From an uncultured Gemmataceae bacterium (GTDB lineage Bacteria > Planctomycetota > Planctomycetia > Gemmatales > Gemmataceae), in the NCBI GenBank assembly GCA_963750165.1, contig CAVVPN010000004.1:640001-704000 (forward strand): 64,000 nt of DNA, given 5' to 3'. A model generated the notes under the pieces. That model did no database searches. It was given only the letters and a program-made list of their open reading frames with translations, and had not been told where the DNA came from. The number at the start of each line of letters is the position of its first letter. The stretch's first letter is position 1. A program made the position numbers and the translations under genes. Below are positions 1 through 8,090 of this stretch, one piece after another.

Positions 1-1360
1 GGCCGATATGGTCGAGCAGCACTTCCACGACCTTTTCCCGGGCGACGCGCTCCGGCACGCTGCGCGGCAGCAGTCCCACCTGATCGAGCGCGGTGTGCAG
101 GACCGGGCGGAGTTGCGTGCGCAGCCGGCCCTCGGCGTGCTCGCCGGCCTGGTGCAGCAGGTGCGCCAGTTCCTGGTGAGCCGCCTCGGGCAGCGCGATG
201 CCGGCCAGCCGGCCGGCGGCGCTGCGCAGGTGCTCGACGATGCGTACGCCGCGCAGCAACGGCTGTTCACGGCGGATCGGCCGCCGGCCCAGCGACCACG
301 CCCACGACACCACGTCCATCGTGGCGACGGTGCGCTCGTACTCGACGCAGACCTTTTGCAGGTCGAAGAGCAGCCGGGCCGCGCGCGTCCAGAAACCGTG
401 GGCCGCCTGCTCCAGCAGCGGCGGCAGGGCGGCCCGCCACGCGGTGGTTTCAAGGTCACTGAGGTGCAGGGCCGCCTGCAGCCGCCGGCACAGTTCGTCC
501 AGCGCCGGCCCGGCCGCCGTGCCGTCCGCAGCTGTCCGCGCCAGCAGCAGGGCCGCGCGGACGACGTTGCCCCGCTGGAACGCCAGGCCGGCCCGGTCGC
601 TCAGCCACCCACGCTGGCCGCTGTTGAGGGTGGGGGGTGGCGGCGCGGCTGCGGCCTCGTGATCGACCGCATGGTTATCCCCGGAGTCGGCGGCGCCCGG
701 CAGGCGCGTGCGCTCCAGCAGGGCGGCGGCGTCCACGTCCTGGGCCACCAGCTGATCGACGCGCCCGGGGTCAGTCAGCAGCGGAAAGAAGAACTCCAGC
801 TGAGGGAGGGCGAAGTGCCGCAGCCCCAGGTAGACGGCGACGAACTCGGCGTAGACGTGGGCGTCATCGGTGGGCGGCAGCAGGAGTTTTTCCTGCGACA
901 GCACGCTGCGCACCTCGTCGAATTCGCCGCGGCCGAGCGCTTCCACGCGGCCGCGGACCTCGGCGGCGGACAGCTTGCCGGCGTCCACGGCCTGGCGCAG
1001 CGCCTGATCGACGTGCAGGTGGAACAGCAGCCGCCAGAACTGGCGAAGCAGCTGTGGCCGCGGCTGGGCCAGCACCTGGGCCGACGGCTGTTCCAGCAGC
1101 AGGACGGTCGGCGGCAGGGCGGCGGCCTGTTCGGGCAACAGGCCCAGTTCGGCGGGCTCGGCCAGGCGCAGCAGCGCGGTGCGGTCGATGGGATAGCCGC
1201 GGCGGTGCGGCAACTGCAAGGCCAGGCCGCCGACCTGGAAGTGGTGGCGCAAGACGCGGTGGACGATGCGGCCCGGAGCCAGCAGCGCGGCGGCGTCCAC
1301 GGACCACAGGACTTTTTGTAGTTCGAGGGTGTCGGTGGTGAGGGCAACGGTCGCGGCCAT
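1..1360 (-). CDS. Hypothetical protein, N-terminal 453 codons; runs off the left edge
   Basis: Not in the ORF track because it has no stop inside the window. Manual translation from ATG at 1360: MAATVALTTDTLELQKVLWSVDAAALLAPGRIVHRVLRHHFQVGGL...FWRLLFHLHVD...EFDEVRSVLSQEKLLLPP...YAEFVAVYLGLRHF...FQRGNVVRAALL...ARLLFDLQKVCVEYER...PERVAREKVVEVLLDHIG. The frame is open to position 2, helical and Leu/Ala-rich, with GGGGA upstream, and it starts 27 bp after the epimerase stop. Confidence 0.8.
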   Translation of the reverse strand, partial: MAATVALTTDTLELQKVLWSVDAAALLAPGRIVHRVLRHHFQVGGLALQLPHRRGYPIDRTALLRLAEPAELGLLPEQAAALPPTVLLLEQPSAQVLAQPRPQLLRQFWRLLFHLHVDQALRQAVDAGKLSAAEVRGRVEALGRGEFDEVRSVLSQEKLLLPPTDDAHVYAEFVAVYLGLRHFALPQLEFFFPLLTDPGRVDQLVAQDVDAAALLERTRLPGAADSGDNHAVDHEAAAAPPPPTLNSGQRGWLSDRAGLAFQRGNVVRAALLLARTAADGTAAGPALDELCRRLQAALHLSDLETTAWRAALPPLLEQAAHGFWTRAARLLFDLQKVCVEYERTVATMDVVSWAWSLGRRPIRREQPLLRGVRIVEHLRSAAGRLAGIALPEAAHQELAHLLHQAGEHAEGRLRTQLRPVLHTALDQVGLLPRSVPERVAREKVVEVLLDHIG

Positions 1361-1387
1361 GCGCGTGAGTCCCCGGAGTGGTGGCCG

Positions 1388-2158
1388 TCAATGGGCCTCC
1401 AGCGCCGCCAGGATCGTCTCGACGCCCTCGGGCCACGTCTGCCTGGGTTCGTAACCGAGCAGCTGGCGTGCCGGGGCCAGGTCCACGCGCTGGATGTGCG
1501 GCGGCCGACTGGTAGCGTATATGACCGCGTAGCGAATATCCAGCGACGCGCTGACCGCGCAGGCGAAAAAGCGGCCGGCGTCCTCGGGGCTGAGGTAGGC
1601 GTCGCGGGCCCAGTCGCCCTCGTCGCGGATTTCGCGCACCTGCTCCGGCGTCCGCGGGCACCAGCCCAGCCGGGCCACGATGACGCTGATGCCGTGCTTG
1701 TCGGCGAAAGCGCGGCCGGCCGCCTCCAGAAAGACCTTGAGGGCGGCGTACCAGTAGCGCGGCGTCGGCGGCGTATCGGTGCGGATCGGCCACGGCCCGG
1801 TGCTGCGCTGGTTCCACACCACCTGGCCGCTGCTGGCGAGCACCAGTCGCTTGACGCCCGCCTCACGCGCCGCCTCGAAGACGTGGTAGACGCCGACGAC
1901 GTTGTTCGGCACCAGTTCGGTCAGGAAGTCGGCGTCGTCTGGCGTCGCGGCCAGGTGGACGACGGTGGCGGCGCCGGCGACGGCGCGGCGGATGGCGTCG
2001 GCGTCGGTGAGGTCGCCGACGAGGTAATCGGCCAGGCCGGGCGTCGGCACGCGGTCGAAGCCGCGCACCGGCAGGCCGCGGGCCTGCAGTTCCTCGACGG
2101 CGGCGCGACCGACGCGGCCGGCGGAGCCGGTGACCAGGACGAGGGAAGAAGGGGGCAT
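1388..2158 (-). CDS. NAD(P)-dependent epimerase/dehydratase (extended SDR, uronate dehydrogenase-like)
   Basis: Rossmann motif VLVTGSAGRVG, VVHLAA, LASS and catalytic YAALK (YxxxK). AAGGA RBS upstream; start is GTG 2161 or ATG 2158. Confidence 0.9.
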   Translation of the reverse strand: MPPSSLVLVTGSAGRVGRAAVEELQARGLPVRGFDRVPTPGLADYLVGDLTDADAIRRAVAGAATVVHLAATPDDADFLTELVPNNVVGVYHVFEAAREAGVKRLVLASSGQVVWNQRSTGPWPIRTDTPPTPRYWYAALKVFLEAAGRAFADKHGISVIVARLGWCPRTPEQVREIRDEGDWARDAYLSPEDAGRFFACAVSASLDIRYAVIYATSRPPHIQRVDLAPARQLLGYEPRQTWPEGVETILAALEAH

Positions 2159-2169
2159 CACGGCGTCCT

Positions 2170-2769
2170 TTATAATTTCTCTCGGAGAATGCGAAGCACG
2201 CGCTCGAAAGAGGGAAGGTGCTTTTTTAGCGTTTCGGGGTCTACTTCCGGGAGGACTTCAAAGGACCGTTTTCCCTTGCGGTAGGCATTCGTGCATTTCC
2301 TCGTGGCGCGGACCAGAGCGTCCTGGATCTTGTGTCGGTGTCGAGCCTCCAGATCCACCAGGGAAGGCAACGCCCCTTTTTGCAATCCCGTTCCGTAATA
2401 CGCTTGCAAACCTGGCCGGTCGGAGACGATCCAGGTTTCCATGCAGGTCGTCATCAAAAGAACCTGGTCATCAGCGGCGCCCTCTGGCTTCTCCCAGCCG
2501 TCGCGTTCGTGCAGGTGTTCCCAAGCCTTCTCGATGTCAGACATGGGGTCTTCACTGTCGAGCAGCATCGCCACGAAATCGCCCCCGCGCATGGTTTGGT
2601 GGGCAATTGTGAAGCGAGCAAACATTGCCGCTCGTCCACCGCAGGCTACCAGTTTGGGTTGGCGGCCTGAGAAACCACACTTGTCCAGCAGTTTGCGAAA
2701 CCCTTCGCGGCAGCGGCGGCGCAATTCATCCGAATCCCCTCCACCTTCCAGATAGACGGTCGCGCTCAC
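2170..2769 (-). CDS. DUF4276-like protein (TOPRIM/RloB-like putative nuclease)
   Basis: Motifs VYLEGGG, ACGGR, LLDSED, CMETW and YRKGK. The likely GTG start at 2769 overlaps the ATPase TGA (GTGA, translational coupling); the ORF track extends the frame to 2802. Confidence 0.75.
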   Translation of the reverse strand: MSATVYLEGGGDSDELRRRCREGFRKLLDKCGFSGRQPKLVACGGRAAMFARFTIAHQTMRGGDFVAMLLDSEDPMSDIEKAWEHLHERDGWEKPEGAADDQVLLMTTCMETWIVSDRPGLQAYYGTGLQKGALPSLVDLEARHRHKIQDALVRATRKCTNAYRKGKRSFEVLPEVDPETLKKHLPSFERVLRILREKL

Positions 2770-4013
2770 CAGCGTGTTCCCCCGATCTGGCCGCTCGTCC
2801 ACAATTCGCCTAGCCGATACTTCTCAATCCAGGGGGCTACTTCCTGCGTTTCGAGCCGGTGGAGCGAGGTCTTGCCCGCGTGTTTCTCACACACAACGAC
2901 CGCTTCAGGGTATTCCGAGAGGGCGTCCACGAGCACGTCCGAATGAGTGGTCACGATGATCTGGCACCGCCGTGATGCCTCGACCAGGCGGTTCGCTAAT
3001 TTCGGGAGCAGATCGGGGTGCAATCCCAATTCGGGTTCTTCGATGCCGATCAGTGGCGGTGGATTGGGATCACACAAAATGGCCAGCAGACAGAGAAAAC
3101 GCAAACTGCCATCCGACAGTCGCGTTGCCGGGATGGTGAACTCCCCTTCCGTGAAGAAGACCTGGACCGTTCCGCCTTCGATGCTCACATCGAAATCGGT
3201 CAGTCCTTCATAGAGGTCCTTCAGGCCCGTGAGTACGGCTTTCTTCGCCTTGGGATGACGCCGCAGGCGGTTCAAAAAGAGGCCCAGATTCGAGAAATCC
3301 TCCGCCAGATGGTCGCTGCGCAGGTCGGCCATTTGCGGGAGCCGGAAGACCGTGTTGCGACCAAAAGCCCACTCCCGGTAAAGGCGAATCCGGTCGTAGC
3401 TTCCGGCAAGGTTTGTGATTTCAGGGTAGTTGTCTGGATCGCGTCGCTGTGCCAGTATCGAGAGGTCCCGATCAATTTTGTCGAGAGTAAGGTGGCGACG
3501 TCCCTCCTTGGTCTTAATTGCCGGTTGTCCGCCCTGGAATCGGTAGTAGAAATCGGCGTCCTTTTGACCTGCGTAGGGCGATTCATTCTCGATCCGCTCT
3601 TCGGAAATCTGCAAAGATTGGTTGACGATCCTGAACTCGAACACATGGCGCAGCGGTTGGTTACCGGAGGGGTTGGAGACCACCGCATCGATGGCAGCCG
3701 GTTCGTGTGGCTGTCCTTTCCAGATCCACTCGGCGACGCCCCCGCCCTTGATAATCACGGGACGGCAGTCCGAGGGGGTGCTTCGCAGAAGGGAAACCAC
3801 CTCCAACAGGTTCGATTTCCCCGAGCCATTCGGGCCGATCAGCACGTTCAGACTACCAAGCTCAAAGGGTGGCGTCTCCGGACCAAACGACAGCACGTTC
3901 CGCGGGGTAAGCGCATGCAGCAAACGCGTGCTGCTCTGGCTTGGTGGCTTCTCGTGAGTCTTCCGGGAGTCAATGCCGTTGCCGGGAACCGGGTTGTTCG
4001 GGGTTCTCGCCAT
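2766..4013 (-). CDS. ABC/SMC-type AAA ATPase (AAA_21/COG4637-like)
   Basis: Walker A GPNGSGKS, signature LSDGS, Walker B/D-loop IGIEEPELGLHP, H-loop TTHS and C-terminal LGELW..G.IGG. GAGGT RBS upstream. Confidence 0.9.
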   Translation of the reverse strand: MARTPNNPVPGNGIDSRKTHEKPPSQSSTRLLHALTPRNVLSFGPETPPFELGSLNVLIGPNGSGKSNLLEVVSLLRSTPSDCRPVIIKGGGVAEWIWKGQPHEPAAIDAVVSNPSGNQPLRHVFEFRIVNQSLQISEERIENESPYAGQKDADFYYRFQGGQPAIKTKEGRRHLTLDKIDRDLSILAQRRDPDNYPEITNLAGSYDRIRLYREWAFGRNTVFRLPQMADLRSDHLAEDFSNLGLFLNRLRRHPKAKKAVLTGLKDLYEGLTDFDVSIEGGTVQVFFTEGEFTIPATRLSDGSLRFLCLLAILCDPNPPPLIGIEEPELGLHPDLLPKLANRLVEASRRCQIIVTTHSDVLVDALSEYPEAVVVCEKHAGKTSLHRLETQEVAPWIEKYRLGELWTSGQIGGTRW

Positions 4014-4053
4014 CGCCGTTTACCTCGGGATGTGCCTTCCAGGTCCGAACGCC

Positions 4054-4062
4054 ATGATACCA
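4054..4062 (-). promoter_or_regulatory. Possible extended -10 promoter (TGnTATCAT) for the ATPase/DUF4276 pair
   Basis: The minus strand reads TGTGGTATCAT about 40 bp upstream of the ATPase start. No clear -35 element. Confidence 0.4.
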
Positions 4063-4075
4063 CAGACACTTCCCC

Positions 4076-5008
4076 TTATCTCCCGGAACCCGCCTTGAGC
4101 ATTCCCCGAGCTCGCAGCCAATCCTCGCAGTTCCGCGTCCAGTTGGCGCAATGGCCGACGTTCGGGCGCACCCCCCAGCCGTGGCCGCCGCTCGCATAAA
4201 CGTGTAATTCCGCGTCGATGCCGGCACGCTTCAGGGCCAGATAGAACATGACGCTGTGCTCGACCGCGCTGATCTTGTCGTCCGAGGCGTGGGCGAAGAA
4301 CAGCGGCGGCGTCCCGGCGGGGGTGCGCACGGTCGGCGACAGTTCGCCCTTGTCCTTGAGCCAGAAATAGCCCGAGTAACACATGACAGCGAAATCGGGC
4401 CGGCAACTCACCTTGTCGATGGCGTCGCTCGGCTCGTAACTGCGGCGGTCGAAGTTGGTGGCGGTCGCGCCGGCGAGGTGGCCGCCCGCCGAGAAGCCCA
4501 TGATGCCGATGCGGCCCGGGTCGATGCCCCATGCCTTCGCCTTGCTGCGCACCAGGCTGACCGCCCGCTGAGCGTCCTTGAGCGGCCCGGGAGCCGGCAC
4601 GCCCTTCGTGTCGCCGGGCCGGCGCGGGCAGCGGTACTTCAGGATGATGCCGGTGACGCCGATGGAGTTCAGCCAGGCCGCCACCTCTTCGCCCTCCACG
4701 TCCCAGCCGAGGTTGTGATAGCCGCCGCCGGGGGCGATCAGCACTGCCGCTCCGGTGTCCCGGTCCTTCGCGGGTCGGTAAATCGTCAGGGTCGGTTTGG
4801 TGACGTTGGTCAACCATTTGGTCGGCTTGCCGCCGACTTCGTAGGGTTTGCCGTTGACCTTCAGTTCGAAGATTTTTTCCGGGCCGATCTTGTCCGCGTC
4901 ATCGCCGGCGGGTTTGCCGGGCCAGAGGGGGACGACGAGCGGGGTTTGCGCCACCGCCGGACGGGTTGCGAGCAGTGTGAGGAGCAGGGCCGCCGCGATG
5001 CGCTTCAT
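4076..5008 (-). CDS. Secreted alpha/beta hydrolase (acetyl esterase/BD-FAE-like)
   Basis: Signal peptide MKRIAAALLLTLLATRPAVA, oxyanion motif PGGGY, nucleophile GFSAGG, HASDD and GGHGWG. AAGGAG RBS before ATG 5008. Confidence 0.9.
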   Translation of the reverse strand: MKRIAAALLLTLLATRPAVAQTPLVVPLWPGKPAGDDADKIGPEKIFELKVNGKPYEVGGKPTKWLTNVTKPTLTIYRPAKDRDTGAAVLIAPGGGYHNLGWDVEGEEVAAWLNSIGVTGIILKYRCPRRPGDTKGVPAPGPLKDAQRAVSLVRSKAKAWGIDPGRIGIMGFSAGGHLAGATATNFDRRSYEPSDAIDKVSCRPDFAVMCYSGYFWLKDKGELSPTVRTPAGTPPLFFAHASDDKISAVEHSVMFYLALKRAGIDAELHVYASGGHGWGVRPNVGHCANWTRNCEDWLRARGMLKAGSGR

Positions 5009-5076
5009 GGGGAGACTCCTTGCGGGCACGGGGGCATTCTATGCCGACAGGGGCAGACTTGTTCGGCGTTCCAGTT

Positions 5077-5358
5077 CTACTCAGGATATTCGGCATCGAG
5101 CACGGCCACATTCTCACCAGGCGTGAAGTGGAATTGCACGGTGCGCAAATCGATCCGAAACACCTCCGCTTCCTCGTCCCACCAGACATTGCCTGCACTG
5201 TGAAGAAAGCCGCTTCGGCCGTCCTTGGTATCCAGGTCATAGAAGATGCACCGCATCCCTGCGTGTAACTCGATGCCCTGGCGCTTGAGGTCTTCCAGCG
5301 TCCATCGGTTGGCCAACGAGTTGCTGTTGAAGTCCATTCGCACGCGATGCAGTCGCAT
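5077..5358 (-). CDS. Small hypothetical protein (93 aa)
   Basis: Fills the gap between two genes in the same orientation, has a globular-looking composition and lower GC than its neighbours. No recognisable motif. Confidence 0.55.
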   Translation of the reverse strand: MRLHRVRMDFNSNSLANRWTLEDLKRQGIELHAGMRCIFYDLDTKDGRSGFLHSAGNVWWDEEAEVFRIDLRTVQFHFTPGENVAVLDAEYPE

Positions 5359-5401
5359 GGGTCACCCGGAATGTCGTTGGCTCGACGCCAATTGCCTACG
5401 C

Positions 5402-5456
5402 AAAAAGCACGGCACCCGCAACGGTAGAGCTGTCGTCTGCCGTTGCGGATGCCGTG
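5402..5456 (-). terminator. Rho-independent terminator downstream of the DUF1501 gene
   Basis: Minus-strand RNA CACGGCAUCCGCAACGGCAGA-cgacagc-UCUACCGUUGCGGGUGCCGUG forms a 21-bp stem (one G-U pair, one mismatch), followed by CUUUUU. It lies 17 bp after the stop codon. Confidence 0.75.
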
Positions 5457-5473
5457 TTCGAGCCGTGGACAAT

Positions 5474-6817
5474 TTACACCAACTCGCGCATCACCGGGCG
5501 GTCCACCAGGTGCTGCGGCCGCCCGGTCGGGTCGTTGATGGTGGTCGTCGCCGTGTCGATGCCCAGGTTGTGATACAGCGTCGCGAAGATTTCGCCGAAC
5601 GTCACCGGCCGCTGACTGGCGAACTCGCCCAGGCGGTTGGTGGCGCCGATGACCTGGCCCGTCCGCATACCGCCGCCGGCCAGCCACGCGGCGCTGACCT
5701 GCGGCCAGTGGTCGCGGCCAGCGTTGTTGTTGATGCGCGGCGTCCGGCCGAACTCGCCCCAGCAAACAACTGTCACGTCGTTCAACATGCCGCGCAACTC
5801 CAGGTCCTCGATCAGGGCGCTGAGGCACTGGTCGAGCTTGCCGCCGTGGTCGCGCACCAGGTTGAAGTTCTGGCCGTGGCTGTCCCAGCGGCCGTACGAT
5901 AGCGTCACGCAGCGGGCGCCCGCCTCGACCAGCCGGCGAGCCATCAGCAGGTGTTCGTTGACCGTCGGAGCACCGTCGAACTGGAACTGGTAGGGCCGGC
6001 CGTCGCCGTAGCGCTCGCGGACGCGCTGCGGTTCGCGCGACAGGTCCATCGCCTCCAGCAGCTTGCTCGAGGTCAAGACGCCCAGCGCCCGCTCGGTGGC
6101 GGCGTCGTGGGCAGCGGCGTTGCCGGTTGTGTCGATCTCGCGGCGCATGGAATCGAAGGCGCCCAGCAGCCGGCGGCGGTCCTGCAGCGTGGCGTGCGTG
6201 ACGCCGTTGAGCCGCAGGTTGGCCATGCCGTTGCCCTCCGGCTTGAACGGCGCGTAGGCCATGCCCAGGAAGCCGGGTCGGCCGGAGTCGGCCCACGGCA
6301 TGTGCCCCGTCGGCGCGGCCAGGCCAATCGACGGCGGCACTGACGGATCAACCGGGCCGCGCAGCCGGGTGACGGCGGCGCCCAGGCTGGGCCGGCCGCC
6401 CAGGTTGGCCAGCGATGCGTTCGGCCAGCCGCTCAGGCACTGGAAGGCGTCGTGGCCGCCGGTGGCGCCCACGACTGAACGGATGATAACGGCCTTGTCC
6501 ATGAGCCGGGCCAGGCGCGGGAACACCTCGCAGACCTGGATGCCGGGCACGTTGGTGTTGATCGGCCGGAATTCGCCGCGAATCTCGCGTGGCGCGTCCA
6601 TCTTGAGGTCCCACATATCCTGGTGTGGTGGACCGCCGCCGAGGAAGATGTTGATGACGGCCTTGTGCGGCGACGACGTGTTGGCGCGGGCTTCCGCGCG
6701 GAAGATGTCGGCCAACGTCAGCGTGGCGGCGCCGAAGCCGAAGGCGCCGATCTTGAGGAAACTGCGGCGGGAGACGCCGTCACAGTAGCGGCTCTTCTGG
6801 CCCAGGATCGTCAGCAT
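5474..6817 (-). CDS. DUF1501 domain-containing protein with Tat signal
   Basis: SRRSFLKIG twin-arginine signal and motifs FLGGGPPHQDMWD, ARRLVEAG, WDSH, GEFGRTP, GRDHWP and G.VIGAT, typical of the planctomycete-expanded DUF1501 family. Confidence 0.92.
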   Translation of the reverse strand: MLTILGQKSRYCDGVSRRSFLKIGAFGFGAATLTLADIFRAEARANTSSPHKAVINIFLGGGPPHQDMWDLKMDAPREIRGEFRPINTNVPGIQVCEVFPRLARLMDKAVIIRSVVGATGGHDAFQCLSGWPNASLANLGGRPSLGAAVTRLRGPVDPSVPPSIGLAAPTGHMPWADSGRPGFLGMAYAPFKPEGNGMANLRLNGVTHATLQDRRRLLGAFDSMRREIDTTGNAAAHDAATERALGVLTSSKLLEAMDLSREPQRVRERYGDGRPYQFQFDGAPTVNEHLLMARRLVEAGARCVTLSYGRWDSHGQNFNLVRDHGGKLDQCLSALIEDLELRGMLNDVTVVCWGEFGRTPRINNNAGRDHWPQVSAAWLAGGGMRTGQVIGATNRLGEFASQRPVTFGEIFATLYHNLGIDTATTTINDPTGRPQHLVDRPVMRELV

Positions 6818-6933
6818 GGCGGGAAGCCCTTTCCAGCAGGGGGCAAGGTGGGTGTGGCGTGGTCGGTTCTGGCCGCGCGCCGCGGCCGTGGGTTGGAGGG
6901 CGAGCCCGACACCGGCGCCTCGATTCTTTTCTC

Positions 6934-6962
6934 ACCGTAAGGCGCATTACCCGACGTGTCAA
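6934..6962 (-). promoter_or_regulatory. Sigma70-type promoter for the DUF1501 gene
   Basis: The minus strand reads TTGACA (6962-6957), a 17-bp spacer, then TACGGT (6939-6934): a perfect -35 with canonical spacing, about 115 bp upstream of the ATG. Confidence 0.65.
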
Positions 6963-7082
6963 GCGCATACTGGGCCGCTTTTCGCCGCTGGGGGTGCCCG
7001 TGGGTTTAGGGCGGTTCGCACGCGGATCGCGCCCGCGGTGGGACGGCGGGCACAGCTTGACCGGCAGGGGCCTGCGCTGTCG

Positions 7083-7260
7083 CAGCAAGGGGGCCAAGGG
7101 GGCCAAGGGGGCCAACTTTTTCACACGTCGAGATTTGGCGCCCTGGCCGCGTGCGGCTGGCACGGCGCGACCACCACCGGCGGCGGTTGCCACAGCAAGG
7201 ACGCCAAGAACGCCAAGAACGCCAACTTTTTCATACGTCGAGATGCGGCGCCCTTGCTGC
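7083..7260. repeat. Two 68-bp imperfect direct repeats (period 110 bp), each with an internal 9-bp triplication
   Basis: Copy 1 (7083-7150): CAGCAAG(GGGGCCAAG)2GGGGCCAACTTTTTCACACGTCGAGATTTGGCGCCCTGGCCGC. Copy 2 (7193-7260): CAGCAAGGACGCCAAGAACGCCAAGAACGCCAACTTTTTCATACGTCGAGATGCGGCGCCCTTGCTGC. 13 mismatches in 68 by manual alignment. Confidence 0.85.
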
Positions 7261-7416
7261 ACCGGCCTGCCGTTTGTGGGCCACGCGACTGCGAACCGCG
7301 CGAGGGCGCGTGGCGGCTGGGTGTAGCTCAGGGACCAGTCATCGGCGGCGCTGGGGGAGTCACCTGGCCACCTGGCCACACGGCGCGCCCCCCATCTCAC
7401 CACAGGTGACAACCAA

Positions 7417-7449
7417 CGGCAACGCCTGGCGCACAACGCCGCGCTGCCG
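7417..7449 (-). terminator. Possible terminator hairpin after the giant gene
   Basis: The minus strand reads CGGCAGCGC-GGCG-ttgtg-CGCC-ag-GCGTTGCCG starting 5 bp after the TGA. The tail (TTGGTTGT) is weak. Confidence 0.35.
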
Positions 7450-7454
7450 CGGGC

Positions 7455-8090
7455 TCACCCGTTCGTGTAGAACTCGCCCGACGACTCCAGGCCGAACCGG
7501 ATCGTTTGCAGGTTCAGCGACGAGGTCGCCCAGCCGGACACTTCGGCCGTACCCCCCTGGCGGTGCAGCAACCGGATGTAGTCCGCGGAGACCTGGTCGG
7601 TACGGTACTCCTGCCCGTCCACGAAGGCTGTGGCCAGCCCCGCCCGGCCGAGGCTCGTCACATCCGGTAGCACGTTGTTCACCTCCGCAGTGCTCGGAGT
7701 CCGGTTCAGCAGCAACTGATACAGGGCCTTGACGTAGTTGGTGTTCGCGTTCGTGCCGCCGATCAGCGCGTTGGCGTGGCTGGCGAACTCAGCCGTGGCG
7801 AAGATCTGCGACAGCACCTGGTCCTCGGTCTGACCGGCGGCCAGCAGGTTCACCCAGGTTTGCTCCTCGCCGTTCTGCGCCTGGCGGCCCAGGTAGGTGA
7901 CATACCAACCGTCCACCAGATGCGTCCGGGCCTCGGTGGTGTGCTCGACCGCGGTGACGACGTTCAACAGCTGGTTCGTGCTGGGGTTCGTGGGCAGGGT
8001 GTTCGCCCAGGCGTTGAGTTCGCTGACCGTGCCCAGGCGGCCCAGCACGTCGAAGTACAGGGACTGGATGTAACGTTGGTTGGCGTTCAA
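7455..8090 (-). other. C-terminal DUF4214-type helical region (putative cell-surface anchor)
   Basis: Four Y..(V/L)L.R repeats (YIQSLYFDVLGRLG, WYVTYLGRQA, YVKALYQLLLNRTP, DYIRLLHRQG) with helix ends ATAEF, DGQEY and SSGEFY. Confidence 0.8.

Noticed and set aside
8..1866. ORFs 8-1321(+), 637-1341(+), 775-1866(-) and 864-1817(-)
   Set aside because: They overlap better-supported genes and have low-complexity Arg/Ala/Pro translations.
2766..4013. RecF/SMC or ABC-transporter assignment for the ATPase
   Set aside because: No long coiled coil and no permease nearby; it is coupled to a DUF4276-like gene instead.
7083..7260. Possible mini-CRISPR (repeat-spacer-repeat)
   Set aside because: Only two copies, 68 bp long and 13 mismatches apart, with no cas genes in the window.
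7361..7380. Short tandem CACCTGGC-CACCTGGC-CACA
   Set aside because: Too short to distinguish from chance or simple slippage.
6780..7732. ORFs across the intergenic region (6780-7436, 6816-7409, 6859-7326, 7151-7732)
   Set aside because: They cross a promoter and repeats, show no protein-like features, and conflict with each other.
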